DNA of 64,000 nt, taken from NCBI GenBank assembly GCA_963771355.1, contig CAVYTA010000007.1:640001-704000 (forward strand), in the 5' to 3' direction. Origin of the DNA: an uncultured Candidatus Rokubacteria bacterium (GTDB lineage Bacteria > Methylomirabilota > Methylomirabilia > Rokubacteriales > CSP1-6). The notes under the pieces are model-generated. The model searched no databases. It was not told the origin of the DNA and saw nothing but the letters and a program-made list of their open reading frames with translations. Shown piece by piece: positions 9,791-18,955 of this stretch (positions within the stretch are counted from its first letter, which is position 1; each line of letters begins with the position of its first letter). A program made the position numbers and the translations under genes.

Positions 9791-10684
9791 ATGAAGATCG
9801 ACGACGTGAAGCGAATCCTCGTGGTGGGTGCGGGGCAGATGGGCGCGCAGATCGCCATGCAGTCCGCGCTGCACGGCTACGCCATCACGCTGAACGACTT
9901 GACCATGGACGTGCTCCAGAAGGGCATGGGGGGCAACCGGAAGCAGCTCGAGCGGCGCGTGCAGAAAGGCCAGATGACGAAGGACCAGATGGAAGAGGCC
10001 CTCGCCCGGGTGCGGCTGGAGGCGGACCTCGAGAAGGCCGCCCGCGACGCCGACTTCGTCATCGAGGCCATCGTGGAGCGGCTCGAGCCGAAGAAGGAAT
10101 GCTTCGCCAAGCTGGACCGCTTCTGTCCCCCGCACGCCATCCTGGCCACGAACTCGTCCACGCTGATGAACTCGCAGATCGCGCCCTCCACCAAGCGCCC
10201 CGACAAGTGCGTCAACATGCACTACTTCTTCCCGCCGCTGGTGATGAAGCTGGTGGAGGTGGTGAAGGGGCAGGCCACCAGCGAGGAGACGGTGGAGATC
10301 ACCGCGGAGGTGGCCCGCCGCAGCGGTCGGGAGCCCGTGATTCTCCGCAAAGAGCTGCCGGGCTTTCTCGTGAACCGCATCCTGCGCGCGCTGGTGCGCG
10401 AAGCCTATTACTGCCTCGAGCAGGGCGTGGCCAGTCACGCCGACATCGACAAGGCGGTGGAGCTGGGGCTCAACCACCCCCTGGGTCCATTCCGTCTGGG
10501 CGATCTTTCCGGGCTCGACATCGGCTACAACGCGCGCCTCGAGACCTTCGAGGTCACCAAGGATCCCAACGATCGCCCGCCCCGCGAGCTGGAGAAGCGC
10601 GTGAAGCGCGGCGATCTCGGCCGCAAGACCGGGCGCGGCTTCTACGACTACTCGACGGATCCGCCCAAGCCGATCCTGGACTGA
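9791..10684 (+). CDS. 3-hydroxyacyl-CoA (3-hydroxybutyryl-CoA) dehydrogenase family protein
   Basis: VVGAGQMG, IEAIVE, ATNSS, PGFLVNR, LGRKTGRGFY. Confidence 0.92.
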   Translation: MKIDDVKRILVVGAGQMGAQIAMQSALHGYAITLNDLTMDVLQKGMGGNRKQLERRVQKGQMTKDQMEEALARVRLEADLEKAARDADFVIEAIVERLEPKKECFAKLDRFCPPHAILATNSSTLMNSQIAPSTKRPDKCVNMHYFFPPLVMKLVEVVKGQATSEETVEITAEVARRSGREPVILRKELPGFLVNRILRALVREAYYCLEQGVASHADIDKAVELGLNHPLGPFRLGDLSGLDIGYNARLETFEVTKDPNDRPPRELEKRVKRGDLGRKTGRGFYDYSTDPPKPILD

Positions 10685-10759
10685 TACGCGTATCGGTTCC
10701 GGCGCGTCTCCCGCGCGGGACATTGACGCACCCGTCCCCGGCCGCCGACGCTCGGGGCC

Positions 10760-11335
10760 ATGGTGGGCCCGGTTTCCGGCGAGGGCGGCACTTCCCTGAT
10801 CGAGCTGCTGGTAGCCATGGCCATGGCCGGCCTCGTCATGGCCGCTACGGTGACGCTTCTCCTCGCCGGCCAGGCCGCCTACACCGTGGGCACCGCGCGC
10901 GCCGAGGCCACGCAGTCCGCCCGGGTGGCGCTGGAGCGCATGGGCAGCGAGCTGCGCCAGGCGGGCTACGATCCCCAGGGCACGCGCTTCGAGCCCATCC
11001 TGGTGGCCGAGCCCGCGCGCATCACGCTGCAGCGTGACCTCAACGAGAACGGCGTCATCGACCTCACCCGGGAGCGGATCACCTATCTCCTGCGCGGGAC
11101 CGTGCTCCGGCGGGAGGCGGGCGGGGGAGCCCAGCCCCTCGCCGAGGGCGTGTCGGGACTCTGGCTGACCTACTACGATCGCGCCGACGTGCCCACGACG
11201 GACCCCGCCCGCGTGGCCTCGGTGGGCATTCGCGTCGAGGTGTCACGCGGGATCGCGTTTCCCCTGGCCCCGACCGTGATGGAGACGCGGGTGCGCTTCC
11301 GTAACGAAAAGCGCCCGGCGCCGCCGCCCTCCTGA
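10760..11335 (+). CDS. Type IV pilin-like protein (PilW/pseudopilin type)
   Basis: Class III signal G|TSLIELLVAM, then ARVALERMGSELRQAGY. Confidence 0.8.
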   Translation: MVGPVSGEGGTSLIELLVAMAMAGLVMAATVTLLLAGQAAYTVGTARAEATQSARVALERMGSELRQAGYDPQGTRFEPILVAEPARITLQRDLNENGVIDLTRERITYLLRGTVLRREAGGGAQPLAEGVSGLWLTYYDRADVPTTDPARVASVGIRVEVSRGIAFPLAPTVMETRVRFRNEKRPAPPPS

Positions 11336-11347
11336 GCGGCCGTCGTA

Positions 11348-11376
11348 TTGACTGCCGCCGGTGGCTTGGCTACGGT
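11348..11376 (+). promoter_or_regulatory. Sigma70-type promoter for the CsgG/SH3 lipoprotein
   Basis: TTGACT-N17-TACGGT. Confidence 0.5.
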
Positions 11377-11385
11377 TGAGGTGTC

Positions 11386-12351
11386 TTGGGTCCCACCGTC
11401 CGAACCTGTTTGTCGTGGCTCGTCTTCCTGCTGCTCGTCGCGGGCTGCGCCGGCCCCACCACCACCGCCAAGGAGCCCGTGCCCCCCGCGGCCCCGCCCG
11501 CCGCCCCGCCGACGGCGCCGAAAGAGGGCGCGAAGGCACGGCTCTCGGTCCTCCGCATGGACGTGACGGCCACCACGGCACCCGCCGCCATGGGCACCGG
11601 GCTCGCCGACATGCTGGCGGCCGCGCTGGCCCAGTCCAATCGCTTCGCGATCACGTCGCGCGACGCGGACCTGATCGTCGTCGGCGTCGTCACCGAGTTC
11701 GCTCCGGCCGGTCGGGCGCCGGGCCAGCCGGCCCAGGTCACCATCGAGATGGGCTTGCTCGACGCGAAGACCTCCCAGGTCTTCGCCTCGGGCACGGTAC
11801 GCGGGAGCGCCGGTGACACCGCGGGCCTCGACCCTGGACGCCAGCCCCCCCTCGGCGCCGCGCTTGCCCCACATGCGGGGACCCCGCTGGAGAAGGCCAT
11901 CCGTGCCGCCATCCAGAATGCCGCGCAGCTCGTCATGACCGGCACTCCGGTCGCGTACTACCGTCACGCGGAGACGGCCGCCCGGCCTGCGTCGCCGGCG
12001 GAGCCCGCCGGGCCGCGGCCACCCACCGCCGCTCCGCCGGCCGAGCCCGCGCGCCCGTCGCCGGCCCCGCGCCCCGCGCCGGCGCCTGCACCCGGCTCGG
12101 CGGCCACGCCGCCACCCGCGTCGGCGGCTACGCCGCCAGTGGTTGCCCGCGTACTGGGAACCCGGTATGCGAAGGCGCCAACGGCCAACCTGCGTGACGC
12201 CGCCGGCACCATGGGCAGGGTGCTGGTGGTCATTCGTCAGGGCACCAAGCTCGAAGTGCTCGAGACCAAGGCCGGCTGGCATCGCGTGCGGCTGCCCGAC
12301 GGCAAGGAAGGCTGGATCGCCGACTCGGTGACCTCCGCGACGCCACCCTGA
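11386..12351 (+). CDS. Lipoprotein with CsgG-like domain, Pro-rich linker and C-terminal SH3b domain
   Basis: Lipobox VAGC; GTGLADMLAAALAQSNRF and ADLIVVGVVTEF; ANLRD...GWHRVRLPDGKEGWI. Confidence 0.75.
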   Translation: MGPTVRTCLSWLVFLLLVAGCAGPTTTAKEPVPPAAPPAAPPTAPKEGAKARLSVLRMDVTATTAPAAMGTGLADMLAAALAQSNRFAITSRDADLIVVGVVTEFAPAGRAPGQPAQVTIEMGLLDAKTSQVFASGTVRGSAGDTAGLDPGRQPPLGAALAPHAGTPLEKAIRAAIQNAAQLVMTGTPVAYYRHAETAARPASPAEPAGPRPPTAAPPAEPARPSPAPRPAPAPAPGSAATPPPASAATPPVVARVLGTRYAKAPTANLRDAAGTMGRVLVVIRQGTKLEVLETKAGWHRVRLPDGKEGWIADSVTSATPP

Positions 12352-12379
12352 CGCACATCCGGTCTGCTAGAATCCGCCC

Positions 12380-13159
12380 ATGCGCGCCCGAGGTGCCCTT
12401 CATTCTCGGTGGCTGACGGTGTTTCTCCTCGTGGGCCTCGTGGCCGCCTGCGAGACGGTGCCCATCACGGGGCGCTCCCAGCTGAATCTCCTGTCCGAGC
12501 CGGACGAGGTGCAGCTAGGGGTCCAGGCCTTCAAGGAGGTCACGGACAAGGCCAAGATCTCCTCGAATCCCGTCCAGAACGCCCAGGTGACCCGGGTCGC
12601 CCAGCGCATCATCGCCGCCGTGGAAAAGCCGAGCCTGCCCTGGGAAGTGAAGGTGATCGAGGACAACCAGGCCAACGCCTTCGCGCTGCCGGGGGGAAAG
12701 ATCGCCGTCTACACCGGCATTCTCCCCATCACCCGGGACGACGCCGGGCTCGCGGCGGTGATCGGCCACGAGGTGGGGCACGTGATCGCGCGGCACAGCG
12801 CGGAGCGGGTGAGCCAGCAGATGGTGGCGCAGGGTCTCGGGGGCGCCCTCGTGAGCGGCGTGCTCGGGACGGATCCGCAGACCAGCGCGCAGGTGGCCGG
12901 CCTCTTCGCGCAGGGCATCCTCCTTCCCTGGGGCCGCAAGCAGGAGTCCGAGGCGGATCACATCGGCCTCATCCTGATGGCCAAGGCGGGCTATGACCCG
13001 CGGGCCGCGCGCGACCTCTGGGTGCGCATGGGCGAGGCCTCGAAAGGACGATCCCGCCCTCCGGAATTCCTCTCCACTCACCCCTCCGAGGAGACCCGGA
13101 TCACGCAGATCGAGGGGTGGCTGCCCGAAGCCCTCAAGTACTACCGGCCCACCAATTAA
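12380..13159 (+). CDS. M48 family zinc metallopeptidase lipoprotein
   Basis: Lipobox VAAC; NAFALPGG, HEVGH, QESEAD, FLSTHP. Confidence 0.93.
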   Translation: MRARGALHSRWLTVFLLVGLVAACETVPITGRSQLNLLSEPDEVQLGVQAFKEVTDKAKISSNPVQNAQVTRVAQRIIAAVEKPSLPWEVKVIEDNQANAFALPGGKIAVYTGILPITRDDAGLAAVIGHEVGHVIARHSAERVSQQMVAQGLGGALVSGVLGTDPQTSAQVAGLFAQGILLPWGRKQESEADHIGLILMAKAGYDPRAARDLWVRMGEASKGRSRPPEFLSTHPSEETRITQIEGWLPEALKYYRPTN

Positions 13160-13449
13160 ACGCGGGCGGTGCGAGCCGAGCGGCTTACCGACGGCCGATG
13201 AGGCCATCCGAAGCCCGGCGCTGACGCGCTCCGCCCAGGCTATCGTATCGACCGCGCATCCTCCAAAGTTTATCGGGGGCGGCGGGCGCGCCCCGGCTCC
13301 GCCGGTGGTGGGTCGAGCTCCGGCCACCCCCGCTCGGGAGCCGCCTTCGGTGCCTAATTACCCTATCGGCGGGGTTACCCAAATTCGTGGAACCCAACCT
13401 GTCGCCCTGATGACACAGACAATTTCTCTTTTAAATCCTTAGTTTTTCC

Positions 13450-13520
13450 TTGACACCCTCCCGGCCAAACCGTAGGATGCCCCCTCAAGTGGGGCAAATT
13501 CCCATGAAGTGGAGTCAGTG
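13450..13520 (+). promoter_or_regulatory. dcw (Pmra) promoter with probable MraZ operator repeats
   Basis: TTGACA (13450-55)-N17-TAGGAT (13473-78) with AT-rich upstream tract; AAGTGGGG (13487) and AAGTGGAG (13507) direct repeats. Confidence 0.75.
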
Positions 13521-13559
13521 CCCAATTGGAAGGCGTTGGGGCCTTGGCCGGGAGAACGA

Positions 13560-13997
13560 GTGTTTCGCGGACATTTCAGGCACACGATCGACCCGAAAGG
13601 GCGTCTCAGCATCCCCGCGAAGTTTCGCGAGGCGCTGGACGGCGATCTCGGGGACAAGCTCGTGATCGTGCCCATCGAACATTCCCTCGAGGTGCATCCC
13701 CTTTCCGCGTGGCGCGAGATCGAGGAGAAGGTCGCCGCGCTCCCGAAGTTCGACGAGGACGCGCGCAAGCTGAAGTACGCCTATACCTCGCGCGCCCACG
13801 ACGTGATGCTCGACGCGCAGGGTCGCATCCAGCTCTCGCCCGACTACCGCGAGCGCGCGGGCCTCGACAAGGACGTGCTCGTGATCGGAATGCTCGAGCA
13901 CTTCGAGGTGTGGAACCCCGAGCGCTGGAAGCTTTTCGGCGAGCAGCGCGAGGCGCTCGGCGACCTCTTCACGCGCGTGGCGCAGAAGGGCGTGTGA
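13560..13997 (+). CDS. mraZ: Division/cell wall cluster transcriptional repressor MraZ
   Basis: FRGHFRHTIDPKGRLSIPAKFR, LDAQGRI, HFEVW. Confidence 0.96.
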   Translation: MFRGHFRHTIDPKGRLSIPAKFREALDGDLGDKLVIVPIEHSLEVHPLSAWREIEEKVAALPKFDEDARKLKYAYTSRAHDVMLDAQGRIQLSPDYRERAGLDKDVLVIGMLEHFEVWNPERWKLFGEQREALGDLFTRVAQKGV

Positions 13998-14002
13998 GCG
14001 CG

Positions 14003-14905
14003 ATGGAGCCCACCACTGTCCACGTGCCGGTTCTCGTCGACGAGGTGACCCATCTCCTGCGCGCGCGCCGAGCGGGCTGGATGGTGGACGGCACCGTGGG
14101 GCTGGGCGGGCACGCGGAGCGGCTGCTGGACGCGAGCGCGCCGGGCGCGCGCCTCCTCGGCCTCGACGGCGACGCGGACGCGGTCGCCCAGGCGGGCACA
14201 CGGCTCGCGCGCTTCGGCGAGCGCGCAGTGCTGCGCCATGGCAGCTTCCGCCGTCTCGCCTCGCACGCCGCCGGCGCCGGGATAACGGAGGCGGAGTCCG
14301 TGCTGCTCGATCTCGGGTTGTCCTCGTATCAGCTGGAGGCGTCGCGGCGCGGCTTCACCTTCCAGGGTGACGAGCCGCTCGACATGCGCTTCGACGCCAC
14401 CCAGGGCCCGACGGCAGCGGAGCTGGTGAATACGCTGCCGGAGGCGGAGCTGGCGCGCATCCTGTTCGAGCACGGCGAGGAGCCGCACGCGCGGCGCATC
14501 GCCCGGCGCATCGTGGAGGCGCGGGCCTCCGCCCCGCTCCGCACCACCGGCGAGCTCGTGGCCGCGGTGAAGCGCGGGGTGCCGCGCGCGGCGTGGTCGC
14601 GTCGCACCCATGTCGCCACCCGCACCTTTCAGGCCCTGCGCATGGCCGTCAACGACGAGGTCGAGGCCCTGCGGGATGCGCTCCCGCAGGCCGCCGCTCT
14701 GCTCGGCCGGGGAGGCCGTCTGGGCGTGATCTCATTCCACTCGGGGGAAGACCGCATCGTGAAGCGAACGTTCCGCACGCTCGAGACGGACGGCTTCGGC
14801 GAGTTGCAGCCGTCGCCGGTAGTGCCGCTGCGCGAGGAGACGGTGATGAACCCGCGGGCCCGCAGCGCGAAGCTGCGCGTGCTCCAGCGGCTGGAGGCGG
14901 CATGA
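14003..14905 (+). CDS. rsmH: 16S rRNA m4C1402 methyltransferase
   Basis: HVPVL, DGTVGLGGH, DLGLSS, PLDMR, ATRTFQALR, SFHSGEDR, NPRARSAKLR. Confidence 0.96.
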   Translation: MEPTTVHVPVLVDEVTHLLRARRAGWMVDGTVGLGGHAERLLDASAPGARLLGLDGDADAVAQAGTRLARFGERAVLRHGSFRRLASHAAGAGITEAESVLLDLGLSSYQLEASRRGFTFQGDEPLDMRFDATQGPTAAELVNTLPEAELARILFEHGEEPHARRIARRIVEARASAPLRTTGELVAAVKRGVPRAAWSRRTHVATRTFQALRMAVNDEVEALRDALPQAAALLGRGGRLGVISFHSGEDRIVKRTFRTLETDGFGELQPSPVVPLREETVMNPRARSAKLRVLQRLEAA

Positions 14906-15381
14906 GCACGGTGGCGGCGCGCGCGGCGACGACGCGGCCGGGCCGGCTCCTGGCTACCTCGCTCGGCCGCGCGGGCCAGGAGGGGGCGGCGCGGTTCCAT
15001 CGCGAGCGCGACCGCGGGCGCCTGCGCGCGATGGGCGTGGCGGTGGCGCTGGGGGCGGTGCTGATGACGGGGTTTCTCGGCGTGGTGGGGCTCCGGGCGC
15101 AACAGGTGCGCCTGTCTTACAAGATGGATGGTCTACGCACGGCGCGCGCGGAGGCGGAGGAGCTGAACCGGCGGATGAAGGTGGAGCTGGCCACCCTCCG
15201 CTCGCTCGCCCGCATCGAGGACAAGGCGCGGCACGAGCTCGGCATGGTGGCGCCGGGGCGGGACCAGGTGCAGCTCGCGCGCGAGTTCGTGGCCGGCGGC
15301 GGCAGCGTGAGCCGCGCGGTGCCTCCGCGCACCGCGGCGGCCGACCGTGGAAGCACGGGAGAGCGGACGCTGCGGCGATGA
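14902..15381 (+). CDS. ftsL: Cell division protein FtsL
   Basis: Position between rsmH and ftsI; single TM helix, coiled coil, RIEDKARHELGM. Confidence 0.85.
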   Translation: MSTVAARAATTRPGRLLATSLGRAGQEGAARFHRERDRGRLRAMGVAVALGAVLMTGFLGVVGLRAQQVRLSYKMDGLRTARAEAEELNRRMKVELATLRSLARIEDKARHELGMVAPGRDQVQLAREFVAGGGSVSRAVPPRTAAADRGSTGERTLRR

Positions 15382-15415
15382 TCCCCTCGCATCCCGACCG
15401 ACCCCTCCCGCGGCC

Positions 15416-17433
15416 ATGAGATCGGCCCGGACGGGCAGCCTGAGGACCCGGACTCTCATCGTCGCCGGCATCTTCGCCGTCGGCTTCCTCGGGCTGCTCG
15501 GTCGGCTCGGCTACCTTCAGGTGCTCAAGCACGACGAGTACCTCCGTCTCGCGGAGAGCCAGCACGGCAAGGCGGTCGCCCTCCGCCCCAAGCGCGGTCC
15601 CATCCTCGACCGTCACGGGCAGGTGCTGGCGGTGTCGTCCGGCGCGGAGACTCTCTACGCCCTGCCCCATCGGATCGACGACGCGGGGCGGCTGGCCCGC
15701 CGCCTGGCGCCGCTCCTCGGCGAGCCCAGCGCGGAGGTTGCCCGGCGCTTGGACTCCGCCAAGCGCGTCGTGTTCGTGAAGCGCCGCCTGCCGCCCCCGA
15801 CGGCGCAGGCGGTGCGCGATCTCAAGGAGCCCGCGCTCGGTTTCCTGGAAGAGAGCCTGCGGCTCTACCCGAATCGCGAGCTCGCCGCCCACGTGGTGGG
15901 CTTCGAGGGCGCGGAGGGCAAGGGGCTGGGCGGCATCGAGCAGGCGTGGGACGCCCACCTGGCGGGGCAGGAGGGCCGCGCCCTCGTGGAGCGCGACGCG
16001 CTGGGCCGCGAGGTCACCGGCGCCCCGGTGGTGCTCAAGGTGCCCCATCCCGGGCAGGGCGTCATGCTCACGCTGGACGCCACCCTCCAGTACATCGCGG
16101 AGAAAGAGATCGACGCCGCGTGGCGCCGCACGCGCGCCCGCGCCGCCATGGCGGTGGCACTGGATCCGCGCACCGGCGACGTGCTCGCGATCGCCATCCG
16201 GCCCACCTTCAATCCCAACGCCTTCAGCCTGGCCAGCGACGACGAGCGGCGCAACCGCGCGGTGACCGATCCGTTCGAGCCGGGCTCGACGTTCAAGGTG
16301 ATCCTCGCCGCCGCCGCCCTCGAGGAGGGCGTGGTGCGTCCCGGCGATCGCCTCTACGGCGAGAACGGCGCCATCACCATCGCCCGCACCACCATCCACG
16401 ACTGGAAGAAGTATGGCTGGCTCACCTTCTCCGAGGTACTCCAGAACTCCTCCAACGTGGGGTCCATCAAGGTGGGCCTCTTGCTGGGCAAGGAGCGCTA
16501 CTACAAGCACATGACCGGCTTCGGCTTCGGCACCCCCACCGGGCTGGGGCTGCCCGGCGAGAGCCGCGGCCAGCTCCGCGCGCCGGACCGCTGGTCCGGC
16601 CTCTCGCTCGCCACCATGTCCATCGGGCAGGAGATCTCGGTGACCGCGCTGCAGATCGTGTCCGCCTTCGGGGCGGTGGCCCATGGCGGGCGGCTCATGC
16701 AGCCGCGGATCGTTCGCGCGCTGCTGGACGGAAACGGGCGCGAGGTGCAGCGCTTCGAGCCCAAGGTGGTCCGTCAGGTGATCTCGCCCGAGACCGCGCG
16801 CACGCTCACCGGCATGATGACCCGCGTGGTGTCGGACGGTACCGGCCACAACGCCGCCATCGCGGGCTTCGAGGTGGCGGGCAAGACGGGCACCGCGCAG
16901 AAGCTCGACCCCGTCACGCGGCGCTACTCGCGCGCGCCCGGCGTGCTGTCCTTCGTGGGCTTCGCGCCCGCCGACGATCCGCGCATCGCAATGCTGGTCA
17001 TGCTCGACGAGCCGAAGAACGAGCAGTGGGGCAGCGAGGCCGCCGCGCCCATTTTCGCCGCCATCGGCCGCGAGGCGCTCCGGTACCTGCACGCGCCGCC
17101 GAAGGACACCGCGCCCGTCCAGATCGTGCGCCCCGAGCCCGGTCCCGCGCCCGCCGAGGCGACCGCGGGGGTGCGCGAGCGCGTGCGCACGGTCATCGCG
17201 ACGGTGACGCCCGGCGTGGCGGAGGCGGGGGAGCGCGAACCGGGCCCGGCCGTGATGCCCGCCATGGTGGGGCTCTCGCTACGCGAGGCGATGGAGACGC
17301 TCGCGCCGCTCGAGGTGCGCCTGGAAGTGGCCGGGCGCGGCGTGGTGACCGGCCAGGCCCCCGCCGCGGGCGCGCCGCTCCCCCCGGCGCGCTCGCGCGC
17401 CTCACCCTCCATCCGCCCAGCGCGAGGCGATGA
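15416..17433 (+). CDS. ftsI: Penicillin-binding protein 3 (FtsI) with C-terminal PASTA domain; frameshift at C-run 17380-17385
   Basis: RGPILDR, EPGSTFK (SxxK), SSN, KTGTAQ; adding one C gives ...LPPGALARLTLHPPSARR* overlapping the murE ATG. Confidence 0.93.
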
Positions 17434-18941
17434 GTACTCCCGTGGCCACTGCGACCCTTCTCGACGCGCTGCCGGACAAGACGGTGCTGGGCATTCCGCC
17501 GGCCACCGTGACCGGCGTGGCCTACGACTCCCGGAAAGTCGTCCCCGGCGAGTGCTTCGTGGCGGTGGCGGGCTTCAAGCAGGACGGCCGCCGCTTCATC
17601 ACCGACGCTCTCGCGCGCGGCGCGGCCCTGGTGGTGGCAGAGGGCGCCGACCCGCTGGCGGGCCAGCCCACCCCGCGCGTGCTCGTGCCCGTCGCGCGCG
17701 AGGCCCTGGCGCGACTGGCCGACGCCTACTGGGGACACCCCTCGCGTGCGCTGACCCTGGTCGGGGTCACGGGCACCAACGGCAAGACCACCACCTCCTT
17801 CCTGGTGGAGGCCCTCCTGCGCGCGGCCGGGCACCGCACCGGTCTCATCGGCACCATCCAGTACCGCGTGGGCGATCAGGCGGTGGAGGCGAGCCAGACG
17901 ACGCCGGAGGCGGTGGAGCTCCAGTCGCTGCTGGCGCGCATGCGCGACGGCGGCATCACCGGCGCGGCCATGGAAGTGTCCTCGCACGCGCTGGCTCTGT
18001 CTCGCGTGGCCGGCACCGAGTTCGACGTGGCGGTGTTCACCAACCTCACCCAGGACCACCTGGACTTCCACGGTACGCTGGAGGAGTACGCACGCGCCAA
18101 GCGGAGCCTGTTCGAGGCGCTGGCGGCGGGGACCAAGCCCCGGCGCGCGGCGGTGGTGAACGCCGACGATCCCGCGGGCGCGGGCATGGTGAGGGACCTG
18201 CGGCTGTCCACCTTGCGCTTTGGCCTGCGCTTCGGCCGCAGCGGCGCCTCGGAGATCTGGCCGCGCGCGTACACGTCCGGCATCGACGGGACGCACATGG
18301 AGGTGGAGACGCCGCGTGGCCCGCTCACCATCACGTCGCCACTGGTGGGTGACCACAACGTGATGAACCTGCTGGCCGCGGTGGGGGTGGGGATAGCCCT
18401 CGAGATCCCCCTGTCCACCATCGGGGCCGCGCTGGCCGCAGTGACCGCCGTCCCCGGGCGCTTCGAGCGGGTGGAGGCGGGGCAGCCCTTCCTGGTGGTG
18501 GTGGACTATGCGCATACCCCCGACGCCCTCGAGCGCGTGCTGACCACGGCGCGTAAGCTCGTTCCCAGCGGCGGGCGGCTGGGCGCGCTGTTCGGCTGCG
18601 GAGGGGACCGGGACCGGGGCAAGCGCCCCATCATGGGCGAGATCGCGGCGCGGCTCGCAGACCGCGTGTGGGTGACCTCGGACAATCCGCGCACCGAATC
18701 GCCGGAGGCCATCGTCGAGGAGGTGCTGGTCGGCGTGGTGCGGGTGAGCGGGGGCGCCGGCCGCCACGTGGCGATGCCCGATCGGCAGGAAGCCATCCAC
18801 GACGCGCTGGGCTGGGCGCGCGGGGGCGACGTGGTGGTGATCGCGGGGAAGGGACACGAGACGTATCAGGTCGTCGGCTCCACGGTGCTGCCGTTCGACG
18901 ATCGGGCGGTGGCGCGCGCGTTCCTGGAGCGGGCGCCATAG
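17430..18941 (+). CDS. murE: UDP-MurNAc-tripeptide synthetase (meso-DAP type)
   Basis: GVTGTNGKTT, MEVSSH, QDHLDFH, DYAHTPD, FGCGGDRD, SDNPR, AGKGHE. Confidence 0.96.
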   Translation: MSTPVATATLLDALPDKTVLGIPPATVTGVAYDSRKVVPGECFVAVAGFKQDGRRFITDALARGAALVVAEGADPLAGQPTPRVLVPVAREALARLADAYWGHPSRALTLVGVTGTNGKTTTSFLVEALLRAAGHRTGLIGTIQYRVGDQAVEASQTTPEAVELQSLLARMRDGGITGAAMEVSSHALALSRVAGTEFDVAVFTNLTQDHLDFHGTLEEYARAKRSLFEALAAGTKPRRAAVVNADDPAGAGMVRDLRLSTLRFGLRFGRSGASEIWPRAYTSGIDGTHMEVETPRGPLTITSPLVGDHNVMNLLAAVGVGIALEIPLSTIGAALAAVTAVPGRFERVEAGQPFLVVVDYAHTPDALERVLTTARKLVPSGGRLGALFGCGGDRDRGKRPIMGEIAARLADRVWVTSDNPRTESPEAIVEEVLVGVVRVSGGAGRHVAMPDRQEAIHDALGWARGGDVVVIAGKGHETYQVVGSTVLPFDDRAVARAFLERAP

Positions 18942-18955
18942 GGAGACGCGGACGG

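Noticed and set aside
15347..18352. 1001-aa ORF suggesting an FtsI fusion extending over murE
   Set aside because: Caused by one missing C at 17380-17385; the extension is out-of-frame murE sequence.
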